DNA of 64,000 nucleotides from a virus: IMG/VR virus record IMGVR_UViG_3300009103_000003, positions 117,200 through 181,199 of that record; one strand, 5' to 3'. A model generated the notes under the pieces. It was not told where the DNA came from. It was given only the letters and a program-made list of their open reading frames with translations, and did no database searches. Every line of letters starts with the position of its first letter. Within the stretch, counting starts at the first letter, position 1. Shown in pieces: positions 47,632 through 57,059 of this stretch. The translations under genes and the position numbers were made by a program.

Positions 47632-48147
47632 TCAGTCATCATTAGTTGTCTCCGCTGGTTTCATTATTTTTAATAGTTCTAGTTGTCTAGGTGACTTAAC
47701 CTGAAAGTCTGTCCCAAGCCGCACCCCGTGCCTGTGCTTCAGCATCATCCTGGCAGTATTCCAGTGAACGGGGCCATCCTCATCGGTTGGGTATTCATGC
47801 CCCAGGTGCTCGTATAGGTTTTTCCACCCGCTATTTGACTTGTCTACGTTCTCGTCTTCGTAGCGCCATGCTTCACCGAATTCACCTTCGTATTTCGCAT
47901 CAGCTAGAAAGATATTGTCTTTGTTCACCAGGGTGGTCCACCAATCATCGTGTGTATCCAAAGAGCTTCTAGTGCTGACGACATAGACCGCGTATCCATC
48001 CTCCAGCGCTTTCTCTATGGAGCCTGTTGAGGAGAACTTAGCCTTCCTTCCGTCCCCGGTTTCGATCTCTGCCATCACTGGTAGCCCTATCTTTGGGTAC
48101 CAAGATCGGAATATCTCTGATGTGGTCAGTACTGCGATTTTTTCCAT
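47632..48147 (-). CDS. Hypothetical protein
   Basis: GGAGG SD before MEKIAV. Confidence 0.6.
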   Translation of the reverse strand: MEKIAVLTTSEIFRSWYPKIGLPVMAEIETGDGRKAKFSSTGSIEKALEDGYAVYVVSTRSSLDTHDDWWTTLVNKDNIFLADAKYEGEFGEAWRYEDENVDKSNSGWKNLYEHLGHEYPTDEDGPVHWNTARMMLKHRHGVRLGTDFQVKSPRQLELLKIMKPAETTNDD

Positions 48148-48330
48148 TGTCGTTCCTCCGTTGTCATTAAGTATATCTTGCCCACCCGTTATGTCACAAA
48201 AATAGGGTTCAAGCACCTATTGGGCGAAAAAATAAAGAAGCCCAAAAAATTAATTATTACCGTATTCCTCTTACATTTATTACCGATGTAATGTGTGTAT
48301 TAGGAAGGGCTCCAAAGAGAGTTCATAGGG

Positions 48331-48639
48331 ATGACAGGAATATGGAAACGAGGAGAAGAGCCTCCAAATTTGTTTGAACGAGGAACCAGAGTTCGCTTTC
48401 TGAAAGAGATCCAAGTCGGCCAACCATTTGGCGACTTTGGCGACCTTGTCAGCTTGCGGATATTAGCAGGCGCTACCGGAACCATCTTGAGCGTATTCCC
48501 AAAGGTGTATGTATCAATCGATCCTAGTGACGCCAACCCATATGACATTGAGAAGATTGAGGTCCATAGAAGCGCTCTGAGCGACGGAATGGCACCTCTT
48601 AGAGACGACGGAAAGGCAGACCTGAAGTTGGTGACTTAA
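48331..48639 (+). CDS. Hypothetical protein
   Basis: ORF in a short plus-strand pair. Confidence 0.55.
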   Translation: MTGIWKRGEEPPNLFERGTRVRFLKEIQVGQPFGDFGDLVSLRILAGATGTILSVFPKVYVSIDPSDANPYDIEKIEVHRSALSDGMAPLRDDGKADLKLVT

Positions 48640-48640
48640 T

Positions 48641-48985
48641 ATGTTTAGTAATAGTGGTAAGACTCATTGTGAGAAGCGTGGAATTGACTTACGCATACCA
48701 CTCCTTCATGTGCTTAATTTATTTGACGGGGTATTAACTCTTTACTTTCTTCGTTGGGGCGTCGAGGAGTTGAACCCTTTGATGGCCCATGCGTACGCCG
48801 TAAGCCCACACCTATTTTTAATAGTCAAGGTTGTTGTTGTATCTGCCTGTTTAGGCTTTCTGGACAAGAACCTCAGCAAATCAAAGAGGTGGGTCATTAC
48901 CGCCATATTGGGTGTGTACACCGCAGTAATCTGTTGGCATATTTGCGGTATGCTTATGTTGTGGGATGGGTGGCACCCAGGGTAA
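48641..48985 (+). CDS. DUF5658-like membrane protein
   Basis: LNLFDGVLT...GVEELNPLM motif with TM segments. Confidence 0.7.
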   Translation: MFSNSGKTHCEKRGIDLRIPLLHVLNLFDGVLTLYFLRWGVEELNPLMAHAYAVSPHLFLIVKVVVVSACLGFLDKNLSKSKRWVITAILGVYTAVICWHICGMLMLWDGWHPG

Positions 48986-49036
48986 AATGAGAAATAAAAC
49001 CCCTAGGCACAGCCCACCCCACAACAGGCAAAGTGA

Positions 49037-49456
49037 CTAAGTTATCTTTCGGACAACTCGGGTCACATTTTTATGTTTAACGCGGTAAGACTTATCGGTT
49101 TCCCAAAGAGGCTCCGTAACAAAGATGCCGCGCTTAATGTCTGTAATTATTCTTGTATGCTCCCCGCCATTTTCTTTCCAGAATGACACTATGTCGCCCA
49201 CTTCAGCATCCTTGAGGTCGCCCACAGGTTTCCCTGTGTACTTATCGTAGATCGTGTCGTAACCACCTTTCTCTAGAGTCATAAGAGTTCTCCAGAGAAT
49301 TTTCTTGAGCCAGTCCTTGAACTTGGGGGTATTCCACTTTTTTAGTTTATTGACCGCCATGAAGCCTTCTTCAAAGTCCTCATCTAGTTCTATTTCTATT
49401 ACACACTTATTTTCATTGTCGATGACATCAGTAATAGTCATCGTCCACTTATCCAT
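49037..49456 (-). CDS. Hypothetical protein
   Basis: GGAGG SD before MDKW. Confidence 0.55.
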   Translation of the reverse strand: MDKWTMTITDVIDNENKCVIEIELDEDFEEGFMAVNKLKKWNTPKFKDWLKKILWRTLMTLEKGGYDTIYDKYTGKPVGDLKDAEVGDIVSFWKENGGEHTRIITDIKRGIFVTEPLWETDKSYRVKHKNVTRVVRKIT

Positions 49457-49547
49457 CGATAGGTCCTCCTTTAGATAAGAAGAAACAGACGACATAGAAG
49501 ACCTCCCCGTCAGGGTGTGTTCAGACGTGTGTTTCTTCAAGATTAGC

Positions 49548-49888
49548 GGGGCTCCCCATAGTCGAAACTATATTGTTTCTTATTTACTATGGGGAGCCCC
49601 TCCCAGTTGAGGAAAGGCCGTAACCTGTCCGCCTAAGGAAAGCAGGCGTTTCGGGTAATCAGCCCAACAGGGCGGAAAGCTAACCCCCTCTGGGTATATA
49701 CGCAGCAATTTCGAGGTTGGCGTTTCAGCCTGTATCCCCGGCCCTGCAAATCACTACAAGGGCCACTACATCGTCCGTAGACGAGAGCTATTGCTGCGTA
49801 TTCTTTGTCAGTATGTATGCTGTGAATAGGGACCGCATGGGGGGAGAGGGCTAGGCCCGATGCCTAATCTACCCCTCTCCCCCCTGCG
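49548..49888. ncRNA. Four consecutive stem-closed structured modules downstream of the TROVE gene (Y-RNA-like candidates)
   Basis: 14-bp perfect IR 49548-49600; branched module 49602-49694; 12-bp perfect terminal stem with three internal hairpins 49698-49801; long G/C stem ~49834-49888. Confidence 0.5.
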
Positions 49889-49917
49889 GGAGCGCAACCC
49901 TGGAAAGGCCAATAACC

Positions 49918-51546
49918 TCAATTGGCCTGAGAGTGGTCCTCAATCATGTGGACCCAGTGGTCCTGATGAGCACTCTCCCCCGCGAATGTCGCAATGACAT
50001 CAAACACGGAGTCTGAGAAGCCACCTACGTTGAGGACATCTTCACCCGTGGGCACTTGCGTGCTTCCGTACGGGGCGATGTCCACGCAAACGAGGCGTGC
50101 TTCAGGGTTGCGGCTCTTATACCGCTCCCACTCCTGCGCAGTGGTCGTACCGCTATTGTAATAGCTGTACCTCTCATTGTTGAACCAACTCTCGTTGTCC
50201 GAAACAATGACCACCAGACGACCCTCATGTCCCTCATCATTGAGGTGTCTGAGGGCGCAGGAGATATCAGTACCACCGCCACCAAAGTTCGCGAGGGTCT
50301 GTGCATTTGACATCACAGAGTCGCGAGGATTGAGGCGTGCTTGGTGGACCTGCGTATCGAACGGGACGACCGTGCAGCCGTCTTGGTTCTTGCGCAGGAA
50401 CGCCGAAGCAACGAGCGCCGCAACATCGACGCAGCGCGTCGTAGTTGTGGAGCCCTCGCGGTACCCAGTCACTGGACTGCCCATGGAGCCGGAAGTATCC
50501 ACGAGAACGGCCATATTACCAGTAATGGTAGGCACGTTTTCGATAGCCACTTCCATGGCATCCTGGAGAGCGCTCTTGATGACAGTAGGAACATCATCAT
50601 TCACGTTCTGAAAGGCAGTCAACAACTGGTACGGGAAGCAGCGGGACCTGCGCACACTCTCCGGGTCTCGAAGCATCGTCGCCAATTCCTTGGCAGCGAA
50701 CTCTCCGATGGGCCCGGAAAATACACCGTGCTTTGCGAACGAGTTGAGGTTCATTCGCAAAGCGGTCCAACCGCTATTCATGGCAATCACGCGCCACTCA
50801 TCCTCGGACAGGTCGTGCTTCGTGAGCAGCCTGTGCGGAAGACTCTGGAGCATGCCATCAGTCACAGGACCGTTGCCATCGCAGGAGCGGATGTACTCCT
50901 GACTAACACCAACTGGCAGTGCTTCAATGTCGAAGGGCTTACCAATGAGGTGGGCAAACATTGCCTCCTGAGCCTCCTTTGGGAACCCCCCGACCGCCAC
51001 CGGCTTGGGGCGGACCATCTTGATGATGTCACCGAGACTCGGATTGTTTCCGATACTCGCGATGAGAAGCTGCCTGGGTGTCTTGGACTGGAGCCACTTC
51101 TGCATCTCCCGCTTGGGGCGATGGCCGAAGCTCTTGCGACCAACAGCACCAGAGCGGATCACCTGCGCGAAGTTGCGGAGCATCTTCCCGTTCGTGATGA
51201 CACGGGGGAAGGTAGCCGCGAACAGGGCCGTGTCCTTGATGGACAGGATGGCCAGCAGCAACGCTGGCATATCCTTCATGTGACCCTTCTCACGAGCGTA
51301 GACCGCGCACTGTGCGATGAACACAGGGTCTACGCCTTCGCAAAGCTCAACGACCTTCTCCAACTGCGTCTTGGCAGTAGCGTAGAAGGTCTTGTTGAGA
51401 GTTCCAGTACAAACGTACTGGGCCAGCGCCCCAGTATTACTGAGGGCATATGCAGCACCGCCCGCTTCGTTAACCGTGTCGGTTGCAGGGGCAGCGGTGC
51501 CACGAGAAGTGGCAGAGGTCTGAGTGTTAAAGAGTTCGGGGTTCAT
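49918..51546 (-). CDS. TROVE-domain Ro60/Rsr-like RNA-binding protein with C-terminal vWA
   Basis: VNEAGGAAY, GTLNKTFYA, AVYARE.GHMKD.P, FPYQLLTAF, VDTSGSM MIDAS, GGGTD and VSDNESW. Confidence 0.92.
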   Translation of the reverse strand: MNPELFNTQTSATSRGTAAPATDTVNEAGGAAYALSNTGALAQYVCTGTLNKTFYATAKTQLEKVVELCEGVDPVFIAQCAVYAREKGHMKDMPALLLAILSIKDTALFAATFPRVITNGKMLRNFAQVIRSGAVGRKSFGHRPKREMQKWLQSKTPRQLLIASIGNNPSLGDIIKMVRPKPVAVGGFPKEAQEAMFAHLIGKPFDIEALPVGVSQEYIRSCDGNGPVTDGMLQSLPHRLLTKHDLSEDEWRVIAMNSGWTALRMNLNSFAKHGVFSGPIGEFAAKELATMLRDPESVRRSRCFPYQLLTAFQNVNDDVPTVIKSALQDAMEVAIENVPTITGNMAVLVDTSGSMGSPVTGYREGSTTTTRCVDVAALVASAFLRKNQDGCTVVPFDTQVHQARLNPRDSVMSNAQTLANFGGGGTDISCALRHLNDEGHEGRLVVIVSDNESWFNNERYSYYNSGTTTAQEWERYKSRNPEARLVCVDIAPYGSTQVPTGEDVLNVGGFSDSVFDVIATFAGESAHQDHWVHMIEDHSQAN

Positions 51547-52148
51547 GGCGAGTCCTCCTTCAAGGTTTGACAAAAGATTCAAAAGTGTAAGAGGGAAAAA
51601 TGGAAACACTGACAAGTTGTTACTAGAGAGATAATGAGCAACCATTTCTATATGGTTGCTCTGTTGTGCTTTATGTACTCCCTAGCGGCATTCAGTATCA
51701 CCAAAAAAGTTCCGACAAGTTAAACGAAGTAGTCAAACTCATAAATTAATATGAGCTACATGATTATGGAATGTAGACCACTTCAGCATTCGGAACCGGA
51801 AAGAACATCCTTTGTCACCAAAGGACATTAAAAGAAACTCTTAATTAGCAAGGTGTTAACCAAGATACTAATGTTCGATGTAATCCTAGTCGGCATCTAA
51901 CTAAGAGCTTCCAATAATCTTATAGCAGAAAACGTTGTATATTTTGCACTACTATAATTATGGATGCAATACCCACGCAGTAATAAATCCTATAACTATT
52001 CCGGTCAATAAGATCCCACTGGCAGATAACCCAACTATAAACCCGGACCTCCAGGCTTTATGTACTTCGCATTGGGAGTCTTCGCCATCCTGCCCCTGCT
52101 GGCAGGTATTGGCGCGAGAGCACCCACCGGGCCAACAGAGACGGTGAC

Positions 52149-52445
52149 TCATAGTTCTGGGTAGAACCCTTTCGGCCAGGGTGTTGGCCCTGCGCTGATA
52201 TCCCGGACAGCCTGAGTGAGCATTTTAATCTCATCTTTTGAGGCATTTGTTTTATCAGCAGCAGCCATAATGGAGAGGTACAGGATGTCTCCATTAGGGT
52301 TATTTTTAATAATAGCTCTTACGAACTCGATTAGGAATTCCGGTCGGGGTAACGGTATTTCGTTCGATCCACCAGCGGCTCTCTTCGCCAACTGTTCATT
52401 GCGCTGCAACATCCCGCCCCGATAGACAGTGACTTCTTCTTCCAT
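52149..52445 (-). CDS. Hypothetical protein
   Basis: GAGGAG SD; overlaps the upstream Cys-rich ORF. Confidence 0.45.
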   Translation of the reverse strand: MEEEVTVYRGGMLQRNEQLAKRAAGGSNEIPLPRPEFLIEFVRAIIKNNPNGDILYLSIMAAADKTNASKDEIKMLTQAVRDISAGPTPWPKGFYPEL

Positions 52446-52630
52446 TGTTTCTCCTCTTCGGTTTCTGCATTCAGAACCAGTCCGCACCAGTGGCGGCTTT
52501 CCTTAAAGATAAGAGAAGGACACGGACCCTTTTGAGGTCCGTGCCTCTCCACGCCCATAGGACATAAGACCTTCCAGCAGCAGTATCCACTGCCAATGCA
52601 AGGGCTAGCCACTATTGGTAGGCGTTCCAT
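52331..52630 (-). CDS. Cys-rich small protein
   Basis: CIGSGYCC...C...CPSL...C...IGAGCCS. Confidence 0.6.
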   Translation of the reverse strand: MERLPIVASPCIGSGYCCWKVLCPMGVERHGPQKGPCPSLIFKESRHWCGLVLNAETEEEKQWKKKSLSIGAGCCSAMNSWRREPLVDRTKYRYPDRNS

Positions 52631-52729
52631 TATAGTATCTCGTTGGTATCTAATGAGAACCAAACAAACACTACAATCATCCCGATAATAAATATCAAGG
52701 ATTCACAGGTTTTTGTATTAGCTAACATA

Positions 52730-52939
52730 TTAGCCTCCTTCATCAAAAAAAGAGGAGCAGCCATCATCACTGACTGCTCCCCCTTTATGTTTGGCCTTTC
52801 GGCTCTTCCCTTTCTTCACATCGTAGTCTCGATTGTGATGAGAGCCAGCATGACCCCCCGTTCGGAGGACCATTTGGCGGGCGATAAGACTACGCTTCTT
52901 CCGGACCACCTTGTTCAGTTTTCTTTTGTACCTGGACAT
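52730..52939 (-). CDS. Small basic protein
   Basis: GGAGG SD; K/R-rich. Confidence 0.55.
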   Translation of the reverse strand: MSRYKRKLNKVVRKKRSLIARQMVLRTGGHAGSHHNRDYDVKKGKSRKAKHKGGAVSDDGCSSFFDEGG

Positions 52940-53047
52940 GATCCTCCCTTCCTTTCTTGTTTAGAAATTTACCAAGTGGGACACCAAACACAATGATTAG
53001 TGCGAGTGTCCAGAGCATGTACTTACTAATGACATAGATTTCCATGT

Positions 53048-53842
53048 TCACCTCTTCTCCATTGTGGGTTTAAGCCAGATGTCTCCACCAAAAATTTCGA
53101 ACAGAAGCCTTTGATGCACCATGCCACCGAACAGGGTGCCTGCGGCATGTTGCGTACTGTACTTGAACATCTTATGGAGTTCTTCGCGCTTCCGCTCAAT
53201 ACTGACGGTGTGCAACAGGTTGGACACATAGTTTGGTGCTCTGGTACCAACACCTGTCCCATCCCGCTCAGGGTTATCGATATCCTCAGGAAACAGGTTG
53301 AATCTGAGCATCGCTAGAAGCTCATCATCCATCTGAAGACCCTTCGTAATGTAGAATCTAAGGGCTCGGATAATACGAAGTGGATCCTCCCTGATCCTCT
53401 TAGAAGAGTTCCCGACACACTTGATCAGGCCCTTCTCCAAGTCCTTGCGCCCACCGAATGGATCAATGACCTCAGCGTCATACCCAACCAAACTCGCCCA
53501 CCCATCTAGATTCACTGAACGAGCAATAGCATTCATTGTGAAGTCACGACGAGCCAAGTCATCTTCCAGTGTCCCTGGCTCAACACTGTCAGGATGCCGT
53601 CCATCGCTATATGCCCCATCCTTTCGGGCCAGGACAACATCCATGACCTCGTTGTTAACAATGCCTCGAATGGTGAAGAATTCAGGTGTCACAAGGAACA
53701 CCTTGTCCATTACATCGTTGCTCCACCGAAGAAGCTCTTCCCACCCACCGTCGCATACAGCAACAAAGTCCCGGTCCTTGTTTTCAAGGCCGAGAACCTC
53801 ATCGCGGATGCTTCCGCCCACTTCAAATAGTTGTACAGTCAT
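53048..53842 (-). CDS. CCA-adding / poly(A) polymerase-family tRNA nucleotidyltransferase (head and neck only)
   Basis: VGGSIRD...DRDF, DLARRDFTMNA, DPFGG..DL and EDPLRIIRALRF. Confidence 0.9.
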   Translation of the reverse strand: MTVQLFEVGGSIRDEVLGLENKDRDFVAVCDGGWEELLRWSNDVMDKVFLVTPEFFTIRGIVNNEVMDVVLARKDGAYSDGRHPDSVEPGTLEDDLARRDFTMNAIARSVNLDGWASLVGYDAEVIDPFGGRKDLEKGLIKCVGNSSKRIREDPLRIIRALRFYITKGLQMDDELLAMLRFNLFPEDIDNPERDGTGVGTRAPNYVSNLLHTVSIERKREELHKMFKYSTQHAAGTLFGGMVHQRLLFEIFGGDIWLKPTMEKR

Positions 53843-54158
53843 ACTTTCCTCCTTCGATATCGAGTACAAACTTCTCAACCGCCTGAACCTCGTCCTGGTC
53901 GATCAATCCGCAGTGCATGTTTACGTGCGAGTGCCACCAAAGCGACACGGCCTTCTTGGAGTTGATGTCTGCAACAGTCTGGTCCATATCAGCCCCAGCG
54001 TAGTGGTACCCACTGACTGCCCACCAACCACCACCACGGTAGTAGATCTTTGCACCACTGCTGTGCATGTTTTCACTTCCGTCGAGGATCAGAGGACGAT
54101 GCCCGAGAACATCGCGCATAACCTTGAAACTCGCTTGGACCTTTACTTGAGCCTTCAT
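53823..54158 (-). CDS. Small protein carrying a JAB-like WWHSHVNM motif
   Basis: AAGGAGGAG SD; WWHSHVNMHCGLIDQD. Confidence 0.6.
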   Translation of the reverse strand: MKAQVKVQASFKVMRDVLGHRPLILDGSENMHSSGAKIYYRGGGWWAVSGYHYAGADMDQTVADINSKKAVSLWWHSHVNMHCGLIDQDEVQAVEKFVLDIEGGKYDCTTI

Positions 54159-54182
54159 AGTCTCCTCCTTTTTCCATCTTTT

Positions 54183-54818
54183 TTAGATAGTATGAAGCTT
54201 CGTCTCCGTAGCTCCGTTGATAAATCGAATACCCATCTCATCCACTGTCTGACCGCCAAACTCATGGATGTGCCCAAAGAAATGGGCCTTGATCTTATGA
54301 GTCTGATAGGTCAGCGCAGTGGTCAGTTCACTAACACCGCCCGTCTTCTTGTCTGGACATTCATCCAGTATTCCACCGGGCGGTGCATGGGTCACAAGGA
54401 TATCGGGGTCGCTCGCCATTGTTTCGGCTACGACTTTATCGAACCCATATTGCTCGCCGTTCCACTCCCCAGACAACCAGGGAACCTCACGGAAGCCAGC
54501 AAACTTGAGACCACCAACAGTCACACCTTTCGGGGTGATGGTGTAAGTGATTGCTCCGAAGATGTTAAGTATTAGCGCCAAATCGGCATAGTCGTGGTTT
54601 CCAGGCACAGAGATGAGCGGACGCCCATCAAGCCAATCAACCAAATACTTTGCCACGTCTGTGTCCAACAAAAGGTTGCGCTGGTAAGATCGCTCACCAG
54701 CTTTTCCTCTCGTCATGTTGGGAAAGAAGTCTCCCGTGTCCAACCACACGTCGAAATCTTTTTGCGAAAATAGATTGCTCCACACTCCGTGGAGGTCACT
54801 GCTGTGAAGAACCCTCAT
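54183..54818 (-). CDS. Metallophosphoesterase (Icc-like)
   Basis: SDLHG, TGDFF, PGNHD, THAPP and FGHIHE. Confidence 0.88.
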   Translation of the reverse strand: MRVLHSSDLHGVWSNLFSQKDFDVWLDTGDFFPNMTRGKAGERSYQRNLLLDTDVAKYLVDWLDGRPLISVPGNHDYADLALILNIFGAITYTITPKGVTVGGLKFAGFREVPWLSGEWNGEQYGFDKVVAETMASDPDILVTHAPPGGILDECPDKKTGGVSELTTALTYQTHKIKAHFFGHIHEFGGQTVDEMGIRFINGATETKLHTI

Positions 54819-54953
54819 TTAACACCTCCATGGTTATGTTTCCTTCATAAGTCTTATACCAATATTGACAATGCATTTCGCGTAATAAGCGTAGGCACTA
54901 AAAATAAATAGAAGGTTCTTCTACCTGACTTATTAGCGTGCGTATTATTAGTT

Positions 54954-55322
54954 ATGAGATGTTTAGCGCCACAAGTATTAGTCGTTTTATTAGTGGTTGG
55001 CTCAGCTTGCTGTACGCCGCCTAAACCCTTACCTAATGCTGTAAATGCAACCGCTTATGTTTGCCAATGGTCAAATATTGAAGTAACACAAGGGTTGTCA
55101 GTGGTCACCGATGGCGACCCCTCAAATAAGAGTGTGGAAGAATTATATAAAAAGGGAGCAGGGTTCCGGGTTAAGAGTGAGCGTACTATGGAGTGTCAGG
55201 CCATAGAACCGCCTGAGGAACTGAAGAAACTGAAGCCTGAAGTAATTAGTGCCCCACCGAAAAAGCGAAAGCCGAGGAGCCCTCCTGTGCAATATATCAA
55301 TCATAATATCGATGAGACATAA
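54954..55322 (+). CDS. Putative lipoprotein
   Basis: Hydrophobic signal ending GSAC. Confidence 0.5.
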   Translation: MRCLAPQVLVVLLVVGSACCTPPKPLPNAVNATAYVCQWSNIEVTQGLSVVTDGDPSNKSVEELYKKGAGFRVKSERTMECQAIEPPEELKKLKPEVISAPPKKRKPRSPPVQYINHNIDET

Positions 55323-55513
55323 TGAGTAATTTTTGGCGAGCCACGGTTAACGACCTGGAAACACAGAAAGAACACACGTTCATAGTGCAATCCCCTTATG
55401 ATGAGGACCGCACCTTGGAAATCCTTGCCGAAGTTCATCCCGAATACGAGACAATCTCCCTTGAGGAGATCGAGAAGCCTGACTGGGTAAACAACTCTTG
55501 GTGTACTAAGTAA
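55322..55513 (+). CDS. Small acidic hypothetical protein
   Basis: TAATG coupling. Confidence 0.55.
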   Translation: MSNFWRATVNDLETQKEHTFIVQSPYDEDRTLEILAEVHPEYETISLEEIEKPDWVNNSWCTK

Positions 55514-55570
55514 AAAAGCGACGGATAGTATTTACTACCCGCCGCGCTTTTCCCCTCTCGGATGAGAGTT

Positions 55571-55942
55571 CTATCGGAAGGGGATTTCCTCCTTGACCTC
55601 AAAGTATGCGGGCGCATTCTCGGTCTTGGAGTTCCAACACAACCACCGGCCATCTGCCATTGCAGCACAGTGCACCGAAGCACCCCACTCATCACTGAGT
55701 TGGTTCTTCCGGCCTCGGCGGATTTCCCGCCAAGCGTCTGCTGCAATCACATAATGGTCAGGCAACTCGGGGTGAACGTCAACCTTCTTACAGTTGTCGA
55801 TCACATCCTCGATTGTGTCGTCATCACACATTCCGCCCCGAATAAAGCCTCTCGACTCTCCCAGGGACTTCTCAATCAAACTAGTCGTACTACTCATTTG
55901 GTTCACACTCCTTCGGTGAGATTTAGATGTTCTTTCCATCAT
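55571..55942 (-). CDS. Hypothetical protein
   Basis: 123-aa ORF. Confidence 0.5.
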   Translation of the reverse strand: MMERTSKSHRRSVNQMSSTTSLIEKSLGESRGFIRGGMCDDDTIEDVIDNCKKVDVHPELPDHYVIAADAWREIRRGRKNQLSDEWGASVHCAAMADGRWLCWNSKTENAPAYFEVKEEIPFR

Positions 55943-56611
55943 TCTTATCCCAATAAGTAGTCGCTGATTTGCAGTATTACCGAGTTATATATTTTGCTAA
56001 TAATGTCTTTAAATTGGTTACGAGAACTTAAAGATTGTTACTTGTGGCGTGATGAGAGCTAGTCCATGGGTGAACCCCAGCTTCTCAGCTAAGTTCTCGG
56101 CCAGTCGGTCAAGAAGCAGGTGGTGGACATTTTTTTCCACGCTTATAAAGAATGAGCGATTAGAGATCGTCACACACAATTTCCCCATTGGGTCAATTGT
56201 GGTGTTTTCCGACCTACTACGTACACTCGCTGCCACATAGTATGATACTCGGTAAAGTATAATAAATCCCAGGGGGCCACCTGGGTACATAAGAGCCCAT
56301 GCCAAGAGGAGAGTTAGGGTTAGACAAAGTAATGCGTAAAACATTACATTGAAATACGGATAGGGTTCCTTGATTTCCGAGTTGCCTCTTCTGCCCACGC
56401 AGCCGCCAGTTGCGATGCAACCTGAACAGCTACAGGAACAACGATGCCAAAGAAAACTACCTTACCTACTTCTTTCCAGTCCATGAGGGACTCCTTACTT
56501 TAATGGTGGAGAACAATATCTCCACAGTTGAACAAAACGAGTTCCATGTATTAGAACTCATGGTGCTTATACCGGAATATTGACATATACTGCGATGGCG
56601 GGGAGTGCTGG

Positions 56612-57049
56612 ATGACTAATAAGAAAGACATACATAGGCTGGCTACCAAGGCTGGAATTCCTTGGGACGATGACCCCAAGTTCAAGCGCTGGTCTAAGCA
56701 GTTAACCGGCGAGACACACCTAGATAAAATGTCCCCCGCACAACTAACAGAGATGAAGAGTGCGATCATAAAGAGATCTAAGAAGAAAATAGCTAAGGCC
56801 CTAGGCCATGTAGAACATCGAGCAAAAGAGCGTTCCACGGTCTCAAATAAAGAGATCAACCAACTACGTAAATCTTTATTGAAGCTGCGACTACGCAGAG
56901 GAATGACCTATCATTACACATGGCCCGGACGTGGCCACGCCATTATCGGTGATGTAGGAGCTAAGGTGCCCAAGCACGTAGTCAAGACTATATACAAGCC
57001 GACAGACAATCCTCCAGGGAGAAGGTTGTCTGTGAAGCTTGCCGGGTAG
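56612..57049 (+). CDS. Basic two-domain protein with possible RelE/DUF4258-like C-terminal domain
   Basis: HVEHRAKER...VVKTIY pattern; GGGGAG SD. Confidence 0.55.
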   Translation: MTNKKDIHRLATKAGIPWDDDPKFKRWSKQLTGETHLDKMSPAQLTEMKSAIIKRSKKKIAKALGHVEHRAKERSTVSNKEINQLRKSLLKLRLRRGMTYHYTWPGRGHAIIGDVGAKVPKHVVKTIYKPTDNPPGRRLSVKLAG

Positions 57050-57059
57050 GAGATAACGA

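Noticed and set aside
49609-49625. GAGGAAAGGCC resembling the RNase P RNA conserved region I
   Set aside because: No matching 3' conserved region, and the module is only ~93 nt; kept as an unnamed structured module.
50341-51570. 409-aa plus-strand ORF
   Set aside because: Antisense shadow of the clearly recognisable, GC-rich TROVE gene; no motifs.
53421-54575. 384-aa plus-strand ORF
   Set aside because: Antisense to three well-supported minus-strand genes; Ser/Arg-rich shadow composition.
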